This document shows positions 1 to 8,609 of a DNA stretch of 49,690 nucleotides, in pieces. This stretch comes from Candidatus Zixiibacteriota bacterium (lineage in GTDB: Bacteria; Zixibacteria; MSB-5A5; WJJR01). Positions within the stretch are counted from its first letter, which is position 1. Every line of letters starts with the position of its first letter. The position numbers and the translations under genes were made by a program. The stretch is taken from NCBI GenBank assembly GCA_036170655.1, contig JAVHPP010000050.1, positions 1 to 49,690 on the forward strand. Reading direction: 5' to 3'. A model generated the notes under the pieces. The model was not told where the DNA came from and ran no database searches. It worked only from the letters and a program-made list of their open reading frames with translations.

Positions 1-1
1 C

Positions 2-1903
2 GCCAAGATCGCCGTCTGGGAAGATCAAGGATGGACCGCCGATGGACAGCTCACGAAGCTGATGTTTGATCGCGATGCGGTTGTGCGACGCCGCGCATCG
101 CTGGCGATCGCGCGTGTCAACGATACATTGGTGGTCGACTCCGTCCGTCTGGCGCTGCTGGAAGATTCCGATCCCCAGGTTCGGATCAACGCCGCCTTTG
201 CCATCGGTGTGTGGACATGGCACCGGGGCATCCCGGCCCTCTTGGAGGCGCTGGGCCGGGAGAAAGACCCCGAAGCGCTTGTTGGCATTATGCAAGCCTG
301 CGCGCGCAGCTACACCCGCGATGATTTCCCGAAGTTCTTTCCCTTCCTGCACCATCAGGATCCCCGGGTGCGGGCGCAGGCGATTCTGACTTTCGACATG
401 CTCAACAAGCCCGACCTCGCGGATTCGATCCTGCCGCTGCTTGCAGACAAATCTCCCGACGTTCGCTGGGCGGCTGTCTTTGCTCTTTCACACGCACATT
501 CGGATCGTGTTGTCGGGGCTTTGCTGAGCCGCTGCAATGACACATCAGCGGCCATCCGCAAGATGGCCTGCTTTGGCGTTGCCTCGTCTCCGCTGCCGGA
601 ATTGAAGGACACGATTCTGCACTGGCTAAGCGACCCTAATCCTGATGTCCGTGGCTACGTGGCCGATGCGCTCGCCAGCAATACCGACACCCTTTTTATC
701 CTCAAGGTCTTGCCGCTGCTGGACACCGAGAGGGATCCCAGCGTTCTCCAGCGCCTCGTCAATGCTGTGGGAGAGCACTGGCGCATGCAAGCGCAGCCAT
801 ATCTCCAGAGGTTGCTTCATCACGACGATCCCGGGGTTCGCGCCGCCGCCTCATCGGCGTTGTGCAGGCGTCTGGATTTCGCCTTTGCTGATTTGGTTGC
901 TCCGGTGGTTCACGATCCCAGTCCCATGGTCAAACATTCTCTGCTGGAAACCATCGATCAACTGCGGCAGTACGCGCCGCAGGATACAGCAAAGCTGTTC
1001 CCGCTGATCAGGATGCTGATGGCCGATTCTATTGCGCGCATTCGGGCGCGCGCGGTGCAAAGCTATGTTGGCTTTGGCGCGCCGGATGCCGGCGATTATC
1101 TGAACCGCCTCTACAACGATCGTGATCCCTATGCCGTGCAATTGTCCATTAATATCATCGGAGGGTTTAATCTCTCACAATATCAGGACTCGTTATACAA
1201 TCTCTACTTCAAGTACAAAGACCAATGGCGGCCGGAGATCAAGTGGGCGATCATCGCGTCCTCGGCGAATATGTCCCCGTCGGTCGAACCCACGCCCGTT
1301 CGCCGCGAACTCTTTAACATGGGGATGCTCGATCCCAATCGCCTCGTGCGCTGGTATACCATTGCCGTATGGGAGAAGTTCCGTGAGGATCACCGCCGTG
1401 AATTGGGCGTGTACAAAACGGATCTGACCCCGGAGAATGCCGGGCAGCTGTTGCATCCGTATGCGCAGAATCCCACCGTGCGGATTCAGACGACACGTGG
1501 ACCGGTCGTGCTGGAATTGCGCGCCGATCTGGCTCCGCGCGCTGTGCGCCGGTTTATCCAGATGGCAAAGGCGGGCGTCTATGACAACTGCCCGGTCAAC
1601 GATCTGCAGGCCGGCGCACTCGTGCAGACGGGTGACCGGCGCGGCGATGGGTGGGGTCTGCCGGACGAGACGATCCGCGATGAGTTTTCGCCGGAGCGGG
1701 TGGTGGCGGGATCGGTCATCTGGGTGATCAATTCACGGGACAGCGGCCATGGGATATTTGCGATCGCACTGGACCGCCTGCCTTACCTGGACTGGCGCTA
1801 CGCGACATTCGCCAGAGTGACCGATGGGCTGCAAACCGCCCGAGCCCTGACCTACATGGATTCCCTTCGCACCGTTGAAATTCTTTCTCCAGGGGCCTTG
1901 TGA
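2..1903 (+). CDS. HEAT-repeat protein with C-terminal degenerate cyclophilin-type PPIase domain (probably 5'-truncated by the window edge)
   Basis: The frame is open from base 2 through the ATG at 62. Repeated 'D.DP.VR..A..AL' HEAT units are followed by a cyclophilin-like C-terminus ('TTRGPVVLEL...AP..V..F', 'QTGDRRGDGWG', 'IRDE'). Confidence 0.85.
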   Translation, partial: AKIAVWEDQGWTADGQLTKLMFDRDAVVRRRASLAIARVNDTLVVDSVRLALLEDSDPQVRINAAFAIGVWTWHRGIPALLEALGREKDPEALVGIMQACARSYTRDDFPKFFPFLHHQDPRVRAQAILTFDMLNKPDLADSILPLLADKSPDVRWAAVFALSHAHSDRVVGALLSRCNDTSAAIRKMACFGVASSPLPELKDTILHWLSDPNPDVRGYVADALASNTDTLFILKVLPLLDTERDPSVLQRLVNAVGEHWRMQAQPYLQRLLHHDDPGVRAAASSALCRRLDFAFADLVAPVVHDPSPMVKHSLLETIDQLRQYAPQDTAKLFPLIRMLMADSIARIRARAVQSYVGFGAPDAGDYLNRLYNDRDPYAVQLSINIIGGFNLSQYQDSLYNLYFKYKDQWRPEIKWAIIASSANMSPSVEPTPVRRELFNMGMLDPNRLVRWYTIAVWEKFREDHRRELGVYKTDLTPENAGQLLHPYAQNPTVRIQTTRGPVVLELRADLAPRAVRRFIQMAKAGVYDNCPVNDLQAGALVQTGDRRGDGWGLPDETIRDEFSPERVVAGSVIWVINSRDSGHGIFAIALDRLPYLDWRYATFARVTDGLQTARALTYMDSLRTVEILSPGAL

Positions 1904-1956
1904 TAGGCGAATTGTGCGCGAGATCAGGATTCACCGGGCGATGAGGCCGACGGAAT

Positions 1957-2439
1957 ATGACGATTGAGCAGATTCCCATCATGTTCCCAGAAGGCGCCAA
2001 CATCATCCTTGGGCAGACGCACTTCATCAAGAGTGTGGAGGACCTTCACGAAGTGATGGCGACTTCGACGCCGTCCGCCAAGTTCGGACTGGCATTTTCG
2101 GAGGCGTCCGGGCCATGCCTGGTACGTTATTCCGGGAATGACGCCGCTCTGGCAAAGCAGGCCGCCGAGAATCTCATGCGTCTTGGCTGCGGCCACACAT
2201 TCTTGATCATCATGACCGATGTCTTTCCCATTCATGTCTTGAACGCGGTCAAGGCCTGTCCCGAGGTTTGCCGAGTCTTCTGTGCGACTGGCAATCCGGT
2301 GGTGGCGCTTGTCGTCCGCAGTGAGACGGGTGGAGGCGTGACGGGCGTCATCGATGGCGCTGGTCCCAAGGGAATTGAAACGACAGCCGATCAGGAGAAG
2401 CGACGGGCGTTCCTGCGCATGATCGGTCACAAGCTGTAG
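1957..2439 (+). CDS. Adenosine-specific kinase / DUF355 (TA1353-like) protein
   Basis: Family-typical motifs 'NIILGQTHFIKSVEDLHE', 'FGLAFSEASGPCLVR', 'CATGNPV' and 'GVIDG'. Confidence 0.88.
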   Translation: MTIEQIPIMFPEGANIILGQTHFIKSVEDLHEVMATSTPSAKFGLAFSEASGPCLVRYSGNDAALAKQAAENLMRLGCGHTFLIIMTDVFPIHVLNAVKACPEVCRVFCATGNPVVALVVRSETGGGVTGVIDGAGPKGIETTADQEKRRAFLRMIGHKL

Positions 2440-2535
2440 AAGAATCCGGTTCGTCTGCCCAGAGACTGAGTGCAAAGCGTACGGGTTTGTGCCGTTAAAG
2501 CACGGACTGCAGACAGAAAAGAGTTCTCGTCGCCG

Positions 2536-3372
2536 ATGCATGAATCGCTGAACCAGCCAATTCTCGCATCCCACGAAGCGGCGGATGCCAAAGAGCAGCA
2601 GCTTCTGGCGCTGCTGGGGTCGTATGGATCGGTCATCGTTGCCTATTCGGGTGGTGTCGATTCGACCTATCTGGCGGCTGTGGCCTACGAAGCGCTGGGC
2701 GGCAGGGCGCTGATCGCCACGGCCAAGTCTCCCTCGATGGCGGAGGCGGAATTCGAATTCGCTGCTTCCTTCGCCTCGAACAGGGGCTGGAATTTCCGGG
2801 TCGTGCACACGGCGGAGGTGACCGATCCCCGCTGGCTGCAAAATGATGCCAACCGTTGCTATTTCTGCAAGGCGGAGTTGTTCGTCACACTCCAGAATCT
2901 GGCGCACAGTGAAGGGTTCAAGAGCATCCTTTACGGCGCTATTCCTGAGGACCGTCTTGATGCACGGCCGGGACAGCGTGCCGCCGCCGAGTTTAGCGCT
3001 TTGGCGCCTCTGGTTACGGTGGGCATGACAAAGCCGGAGATTCGATCTCTCTCCCAGCGGCGCGGGCTTCCCAGTTGGGACAAGCCGCAGGCCGCCTGTC
3101 TCGCCTCGCGTTTTCCGACTGGTACGACCATCAGCGTTGAGGAGTTGCGCCAGGTCGACAGGGCAGAGGCCGCGTTGTCTGGCTTTGGCTTCCGCGGTCA
3201 TCGGGTGCGCCATCACGGAACGTTGGCCAGGATCGAAATCCAGAATGACGATTGGGGGAGAATCGCCGATCCTGTGGTCCGTCAGGGCATCGTGGACGCG
3301 CTGCGATCGCTTGGCTATCAGCGGGTGACATTGGATCTGGCCGGATATAAGCCCGCGGGTCTGTCGCCATGA
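2536..3372 (+). CDS. larE: ATP-dependent sulfur transferase LarE (nickel-pincer cofactor biosynthesis)
   Basis: PP-loop SGGVDS, RCYFCK, RPG and WDKPQAACLASRFP. Overlaps larB by ATGA. The start could be ATG 2536 or GTG 2470. Confidence 0.9.
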   Translation: MHESLNQPILASHEAADAKEQQLLALLGSYGSVIVAYSGGVDSTYLAAVAYEALGGRALIATAKSPSMAEAEFEFAASFASNRGWNFRVVHTAEVTDPRWLQNDANRCYFCKAELFVTLQNLAHSEGFKSILYGAIPEDRLDARPGQRAAAEFSALAPLVTVGMTKPEIRSLSQRRGLPSWDKPQAACLASRFPTGTTISVEELRQVDRAEAALSGFGFRGHRVRHHGTLARIEIQNDDWGRIADPVVRQGIVDALRSLGYQRVTLDLAGYKPAGLSP

Positions 3373-4130
3373 CCGGGGAGCCACTTGTGGATATCAAGTC
3401 CATATTGACTGAAGTCGCATCCGGCCGGATGGACGTGCGTGAAGCGGAACGGTGTTTGGCGCAGTTTGCCTCGGCCGATCTGGACTTTGCCCGTCTCGAC
3501 AACCATCGTGACTGGCGGACCGGTTTTGTCGAAGTTGTTTACTGTGCAGGCAAGACACCGGAGCAGGCGGCAGCGATCCTGACGCGCCAGGCCCAGTTGC
3601 AGAAGGCGCTTTTGGCGACGCGGGCCGATGTGTCTCATGCCGAGGTGGCGTTACGAGCCCTGCCGGATCTTGAGTATCATCCCGAAGCGAAGATTCTCCG
3701 GCGTCTCGATCCCGAACGCAAAATCGTGGCCCCGCCGATTGCGGTCGTATCCGCCGGCACGTCAGACATGGCGGTGTCCGAAGAAGCAGCGTTGACAGTC
3801 GAGACGGTGGGTCATACGGCGCTGCGTCGCTACGACGTGGGCGTCGCCGGGTTGCATCGGGTTACGGCGTTGCGAGATGAACTGAATGCTTGCGGGTGTG
3901 TCATCGTCGTTGCTGGCATGGAGGGAGCGCTGCCAGCGGTCGTCGCTGGGCTGATCTCCCGGCCGGTTGTTGCCGTGCCAACGTCGGTCGGCTATGGTGT
4001 GGCCCTTGGCGGGCTGGCTGCTCTGCTGGGGATGCTATCCTCCTGTGCCCCGGGTGTCACTGTCGTGAACATCGACAATGGTTTTGGCGCGGCGCTGGCT
4101 GCATGCCGGATCAACACGCTTCCTGTGTGA
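3369..4130 (+). CDS. larB: Nickel-pincer cofactor biosynthesis protein LarB (PurE-like)
   Basis: ARLDNHR..RTG..EVVYC.GKT, AGTSD, DVGVAGLHR, AGMEGALP, PTSVGYG and VVNIDNGFGAA. Confidence 0.95.
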   Translation: MTGEPLVDIKSILTEVASGRMDVREAERCLAQFASADLDFARLDNHRDWRTGFVEVVYCAGKTPEQAAAILTRQAQLQKALLATRADVSHAEVALRALPDLEYHPEAKILRRLDPERKIVAPPIAVVSAGTSDMAVSEEAALTVETVGHTALRRYDVGVAGLHRVTALRDELNACGCVIVVAGMEGALPAVVAGLISRPVVAVPTSVGYGVALGGLAALLGMLSSCAPGVTVVNIDNGFGAALAACRINTLPV

Positions 4131-4137
4131 GGTGCAT

Positions 4138-4485
4138 GTGAGCGGATTGGCATCGCGGACCTGCGTTCCCTGCCGAGGAGGCGTTCCTCCTCTGAATGGG
4201 GAGGCGCTCCAGCGGTTGCAGATGCAGGTTTCAGGCTGGACACTTGTCAACGATCATCATATCACCAAGAAGTTCAGATTCCCAGATTTCGCTTCGGCGC
4301 TCGCAATGGTCAACCGCATCGGCGCCATAGCCGAGGTGCAGGGTCATCACCCGGACATCTCGTTGGCATGGGGCTGTGTCGAGGTCACTCTCTGGACCCA
4401 CAAGGTCGATGGACTGACGGAGAGCGACTTCATCATGGCCGCAAAGATCGACGACGCGGTGGACAGTCCAGAGTCACGACCGTAG
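4138..4485 (+). CDS. Pterin-4a-carbinolamine dehydratase
   Basis: CVPCRGG N-terminus, GHHPDI, WTHKVDGLTESDFIMAAKID. GTG start at 4138 follows GAGG. Confidence 0.92.
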   Translation: MSGLASRTCVPCRGGVPPLNGEALQRLQMQVSGWTLVNDHHITKKFRFPDFASALAMVNRIGAIAEVQGHHPDISLAWGCVEVTLWTHKVDGLTESDFIMAAKIDDAVDSPESRP

Positions 4486-4691
4486 GCCGCGCGTCTGACA
4501 TTCTCCGCGATCTACGTTACGGAATGACCGCCCGATTATTTTCGTTTTCCGCTTGTCATAATGGTCTGTTCGTTATAGACTGCCCGTGGGACCGGTGCGT
4601 GATTGCGCCGATTGCTCAACAAGTTGACGGAGATCGTGCCGGATGTTGCTAATATAAGGATGCCGGTAATTACGTTCAGGGAGGAGAAATC

Positions 4692-5924
4692 ATGAATCGG
4701 TTGAAGCGTGTGCTGCTTTTGACCTTGGCGCTGACATTTCTGTGTCTCGTGAGCTTGCCGATGGGGGGACAAGCCCAGTTCGGCGGATTGAAGAAGCGGG
4801 TCGAGAAGAAGGTCGAGAGGAAAGCCGGCGACAAGGCGGAGGAGGCGATCGACAAAGCGGCCGACGGAGACAAGAAAGAGACCACCAAATCTGCTAAGAC
4901 AGAAAAACAGCCGGCGGCGACGGGTGAAAGCGCCTCATCGGAGCAACCGGGCGAAGGCGCCTGGGTCAACTATGACTTTGTCCCCGGTGACCGGGTGCTC
5001 TTTTTCGATGACTTCATGCGTGACGAAGTCGGCAATTTCCCGCATCGTCTGGAGTTGAACAAGGGAAACATGGAAGTGGCGGAGTGGAAGGGTACCCGCT
5101 GGCTGCGCGGTACCACGACGAGCGACTTCTTGATCCCGTTGCCGGAGTCACTCCCTGAGCGGTTCACCTTGGAGTTTGATTGCTACATACCGAGTGGTTG
5201 GCCCACCGTCGAAGTCACCTGTCTGATGTCGGACGACGAGAAATCCAACCCCGACTACGACGAGGCCTTTTTCAGCACTTACGGCAATGGTGGAGCGTCG
5301 GCTTACGCCGGGATCAGAAAGGCGCGTAGTAATGAACAACTGGCGGTGACTGAGTTGCCCGGAGAGATCGGGAGAGGGGTCATGCACTGCCAGGTCTTGG
5401 CGGATGGCAAATACATGAAAGTGTATGTCAATGGGACACGTGTGTCCAATTTCCCCAACACCAAATTTGGGCGATCCAACAAGATCCGGTTCCAGGCTTC
5501 GGCCAGACCAGACAGGTCGGCCATGTTCGCCAACTTCCGGGTGGCCGCCAGCGGCAAGAAGATCTACGATGCGCTGATGGCCAGCGGCCGTGTGGCCACA
5601 CAGGGGATTCTCTTCGATTCAGGCTCAGACCGCATCCGTCCCGAATCGACCCCGACCCTGAAAGAGATTGGCCAGATGCTGAAGGACCATGCCGATCTCA
5701 AGCTCATGATCGAAGGACACACTGATAACGTGGGCGATGATGGCTCCAACCAGATCCTGAGCGAGAAGCGCGCCAACGCCGTCCGCAGCCACCTGATAAG
5801 CCAGTACGCGATCGACGGTGCGCGACTACAAGCCAAGGGATTTGGCGAGACCAAGCCGGTCAGTTCGAACGACACCGCCGAGGGAAAGCAGAATAACCGG
5901 CGGGTCGAGTTGGTGAAGATCTGA
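4692..5924 (+). CDS. OmpA-family peptidoglycan-binding secreted protein
   Basis: Signal peptide and GGAGGAG RBS. C-terminal OmpA domain (ILFDSGS, IEGHTDN, LSEKRANAV, NRRVE). Confidence 0.92.
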   Translation: MNRLKRVLLLTLALTFLCLVSLPMGGQAQFGGLKKRVEKKVERKAGDKAEEAIDKAADGDKKETTKSAKTEKQPAATGESASSEQPGEGAWVNYDFVPGDRVLFFDDFMRDEVGNFPHRLELNKGNMEVAEWKGTRWLRGTTTSDFLIPLPESLPERFTLEFDCYIPSGWPTVEVTCLMSDDEKSNPDYDEAFFSTYGNGGASAYAGIRKARSNEQLAVTELPGEIGRGVMHCQVLADGKYMKVYVNGTRVSNFPNTKFGRSNKIRFQASARPDRSAMFANFRVAASGKKIYDALMASGRVATQGILFDSGSDRIRPESTPTLKEIGQMLKDHADLKLMIEGHTDNVGDDGSNQILSEKRANAVRSHLISQYAIDGARLQAKGFGETKPVSSNDTAEGKQNNRRVELVKI

Positions 5925-5935
5925 CGGCCTCTCAC

Positions 5936-5990
5936 TGGTGGGGCGGACACTCTTGTCTGCGCGAGATGCGCAGGAGTGTCCGCCCCGCCA
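5936..5990. repeat. REP-like inverted repeat (GTGG-type)
   Basis: TGGTGGGGCGGACACTCTTG (5936-5955) pairs with CAGGAGTGTCCGCCCCGCCA (5971-5990), right after the ompA stop. Confidence 0.6.
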
Positions 5991-6092
5991 ACAAACAAGA
6001 AGGAGTCCCTCCCTCACAAAGGAACTCCTTCCACCCCACAGTCAGCGCCCCTTCACCGCTCGTTGAGCTGACAGCTCCTTACCGGAGCTGTC
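5990..6092 (-). ncRNA. Candidate ~100-nt sigma54-dependent small RNA
   Basis: 5' hairpin GACAGCUCC-GGUAA-GGAGCUGUC. 3' 12-bp stem GAAGGAGUUCCU/AGGGACUCCUUC followed by UUGUUUGUU. A sigma54-like promoter lies immediately upstream. Confidence 0.5.
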
Positions 6093-6100
6093 GACATATA

Positions 6101-6117
6101 CATCAAGTGCCGTGCCA
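6101..6117 (-). promoter_or_regulatory. Sigma54-like -24/-12 promoter
   Basis: TGGCACG-GCAC-TTGAT versus consensus TGGCACG-N4-TTGCW, with one mismatch at -12. Confidence 0.5.
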
Positions 6118-6507
6118 AGACGTTGACGTACGGCGATTATGCTGTAATGTGTTGGATAGCAATTGGTTAAATTGTCTTCGGCTAATCTCCGGAGACGATG
6201 TATGATGTGTTAGCGCACTTTATGCGGATCGATCGACTCCACTCGCCGATATTGCAGTGATAATCGATTGGTGTCCAATGTCTTATAGTGACGCAGGGTT
6301 TGCGTGTTGGAAGCGCAAGATGCTCTTATCCGTCCGAGAGCGTGTGTCAAGAATTATGTCGAGGCTCCTATATTCGGTCTTTGTTTCGGGAAACCGCTTG
6401 AACGCTGCCACGACGAGATTCTAATTCATCATCTGTCTTCGGAACGGCACAGTTCCGAAGCATGAGTCATCGAGTCGAGGGCGAAGCCCGATGATTTTGG
6501 AGGAGAA

Positions 6508-7689
6508 ATGTTGAGAAACGTACTGATCTGCGACGGTGCCCGGACGCCATTCGGCGAGTTCTGCCAATCACTGCGTGACATCACCGCCATTGATTTGGGT
6601 GTGATTGCGGCCAAGGCGGCGATGAAGAGGGCTGGCGTGTCCCCTGACAAGATCGACCATGTTGTCATGGGGAACGCCCTGCAGACTTCGGGTGATGCTC
6701 TCTATGGCGCACGCCATGTTGGTCTGAAATCAGGCGTCCCGATTTCCAGCCCCGCTTTGACAGTCAACCGGATTTGCGGCTCCGGGTTGCAGGCGATTAT
6801 CAACGCCGCCCAGTTCATCCAGCTCGAGGAAGCCGAGATTGTCCTGGCTGGCGGAATGGAGAACCTGTCTCAGAGCCCCCATGTGATCCGGGGTGCCCGC
6901 TGGGGGCTTCCGCTGGGACAGGGAAAGATGGAAGATGCGCTGTGGGTGGCCTTGAGCGACCCCTACTGCGATCTGAGCATGGCGCTGACGACCGAGAAGC
7001 TGGCCGGGCAGTATGGTGTCACCCGCCGAGACATGGACGAGTATGCCTACCGCTCATTTCAAGCGGCGATCAATGCGCGCGGCAAGGGATGGCTGAAGGC
7101 GGAAATCGAACCGATCGAGTTGCCCGGTAGGAAAGGCGAAACAAAGATTCTCGACTATGATGAGCATATCCGCGAGACGTCGATGGAACAACTGGAACGG
7201 CTGCGTCCCGTCTTTAAGAAAGATGGCGGCGTCACGGCGGGCAATGCATCGGGCATCAACGATGGCGCCTGTGCCATCGTTGTCGCCTCCGAGAGCGCTG
7301 CGTCCAAGAATGGCCTGAAGGTTCTGGGACGGCTTGTCTCGTATGGCATCGCGGGTGTCCCCCCCGATATCATGGGGATCGGGCCGGTGGATGCGATCAA
7401 GAAAGCGCTGGCCAAGGCCAAGCTGGAGTTGAAAGATCTTGATCTGGTTGAGATCAATGAGGCCTTTGCCGGCCAGTACCTCGCCTGTGAGAAGGCGCTG
7501 GCGCTGCCACGGGAAAAGGCCAATGTCAACGGCGGCGCCATCGCGATCGGCCATCCGCTGGGTGCGTCCGGTGCACGGTTGACGCTCACGGTTCTTTATG
7601 AGATGCGCCGCCGCAGCGCGCGTTACGGCTGTGCGTCGTTGTGCATCGGCGGCGGGCAGGGAATCGCCGCGATTTACGAACGCATCTGA
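6508..7689 (+). CDS. Acetyl-CoA C-acetyltransferase (thiolase)
   Basis: NRICGSG catalytic Cys, TAGNASGINDGA, EINEAF, GHPLGASG and CIGGGQG. Confidence 0.97.
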   Translation: MLRNVLICDGARTPFGEFCQSLRDITAIDLGVIAAKAAMKRAGVSPDKIDHVVMGNALQTSGDALYGARHVGLKSGVPISSPALTVNRICGSGLQAIINAAQFIQLEEAEIVLAGGMENLSQSPHVIRGARWGLPLGQGKMEDALWVALSDPYCDLSMALTTEKLAGQYGVTRRDMDEYAYRSFQAAINARGKGWLKAEIEPIELPGRKGETKILDYDEHIRETSMEQLERLRPVFKKDGGVTAGNASGINDGACAIVVASESAASKNGLKVLGRLVSYGIAGVPPDIMGIGPVDAIKKALAKAKLELKDLDLVEINEAFAGQYLACEKALALPREKANVNGGAIAIGHPLGASGARLTLTVLYEMRRRSARYGCASLCIGGGQGIAAIYERI

Positions 7690-7700
7690 AGGGAGGAAGC

Positions 7701-8444
7701 GTGCGCGTCAACTCCGAAGGGCGGGTCTTCGACCTGCAGGAACTCCAGCAGTCGGTTGACACAGCGCTCCAGAGGCTGGCGGATCCTGAAGAAGCGGCGC
7801 GGGCGGCACGGTATTACGGTTCGGGCGGGCCTTTTCTGGGGGTTCGCATCGACGCGCTGCATCGCCTCGCCGACGATCTGGGCCTGCGTCTGCTGGGGGC
7901 TGACGACACGGGCGCTCCGATGGAATTCGCCGAGAGCCTATGGCAACGAGGCGCTCACGAGCATCGATTCCTGGCCGCGCTCCTGATCGAAATGCTGCCC
8001 AAGCCCTACAGCGAGAGTGTGTGGGTTCTCTGCGATCGCTGGCTCGACGATGCCGACACATGGGAACTTGTCGATCGGATTGCCGTGGGCATTGTCGGTG
8101 AAATGATTGCCGCTGACAGTTCTCACTTGGAAGACCTGAGACACTGGACTGCGTCCGGCAGTCTCTGGCGTCAGCGCGCAGCGATCATGGCCCTTCTGCC
8201 GCTGAATACCGATGGACGTTCCCATCCGGAGGAGACATTTGCCATCTGCGGTCCGCTCATGCTGGCCACCGAGAGCCATGTACGCCATGCGCTGGCCTGG
8301 GTCCTGCGTGAGACGGGTGCGGCAGCGCCAGATGCGACCGCCACATTCCTCCTTCCTTACAAATTCAAAGTCGTCAATAGTCTCCTGCGCGAAGCGGCAC
8401 GCAAGTTGCCCCGTCACCTCGAACGGGCCATTGTCGGTGGCTGA
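7701..8444 (+). CDS. DNA alkylation repair protein (AlkD-like, HEAT)
   Basis: FLGVR, WELVD, 'W..SGSLWRQR' and ALAWVLRE motifs. GTG start follows GGAGG. Confidence 0.82.
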   Translation: MRVNSEGRVFDLQELQQSVDTALQRLADPEEAARAARYYGSGGPFLGVRIDALHRLADDLGLRLLGADDTGAPMEFAESLWQRGAHEHRFLAALLIEMLPKPYSESVWVLCDRWLDDADTWELVDRIAVGIVGEMIAADSSHLEDLRHWTASGSLWRQRAAIMALLPLNTDGRSHPEETFAICGPLMLATESHVRHALAWVLRETGAAAPDATATFLLPYKFKVVNSLLREAARKLPRHLERAIVGG

Positions 8445-8609
8445 TCCGTTCCCGCGGACAATCATTCTTGCTTGTGTCAAATTGATTGTGACAGGATCAA
8501 TTCGGATTGCTGCCGCAACGGTGGCGCGTAATTCGTAATGAAACGTTGTGGTTGAACGAACGGCGTGCGCCCGGACATAACGCACGACCGCCACACGAGG
8601 AGTTGACCT

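Noticed and set aside
1924..3384. 486-aa minus-strand ORF
   Set aside because: Antisense shadow of the DUF355 and larE genes, as expected in GC-rich DNA.
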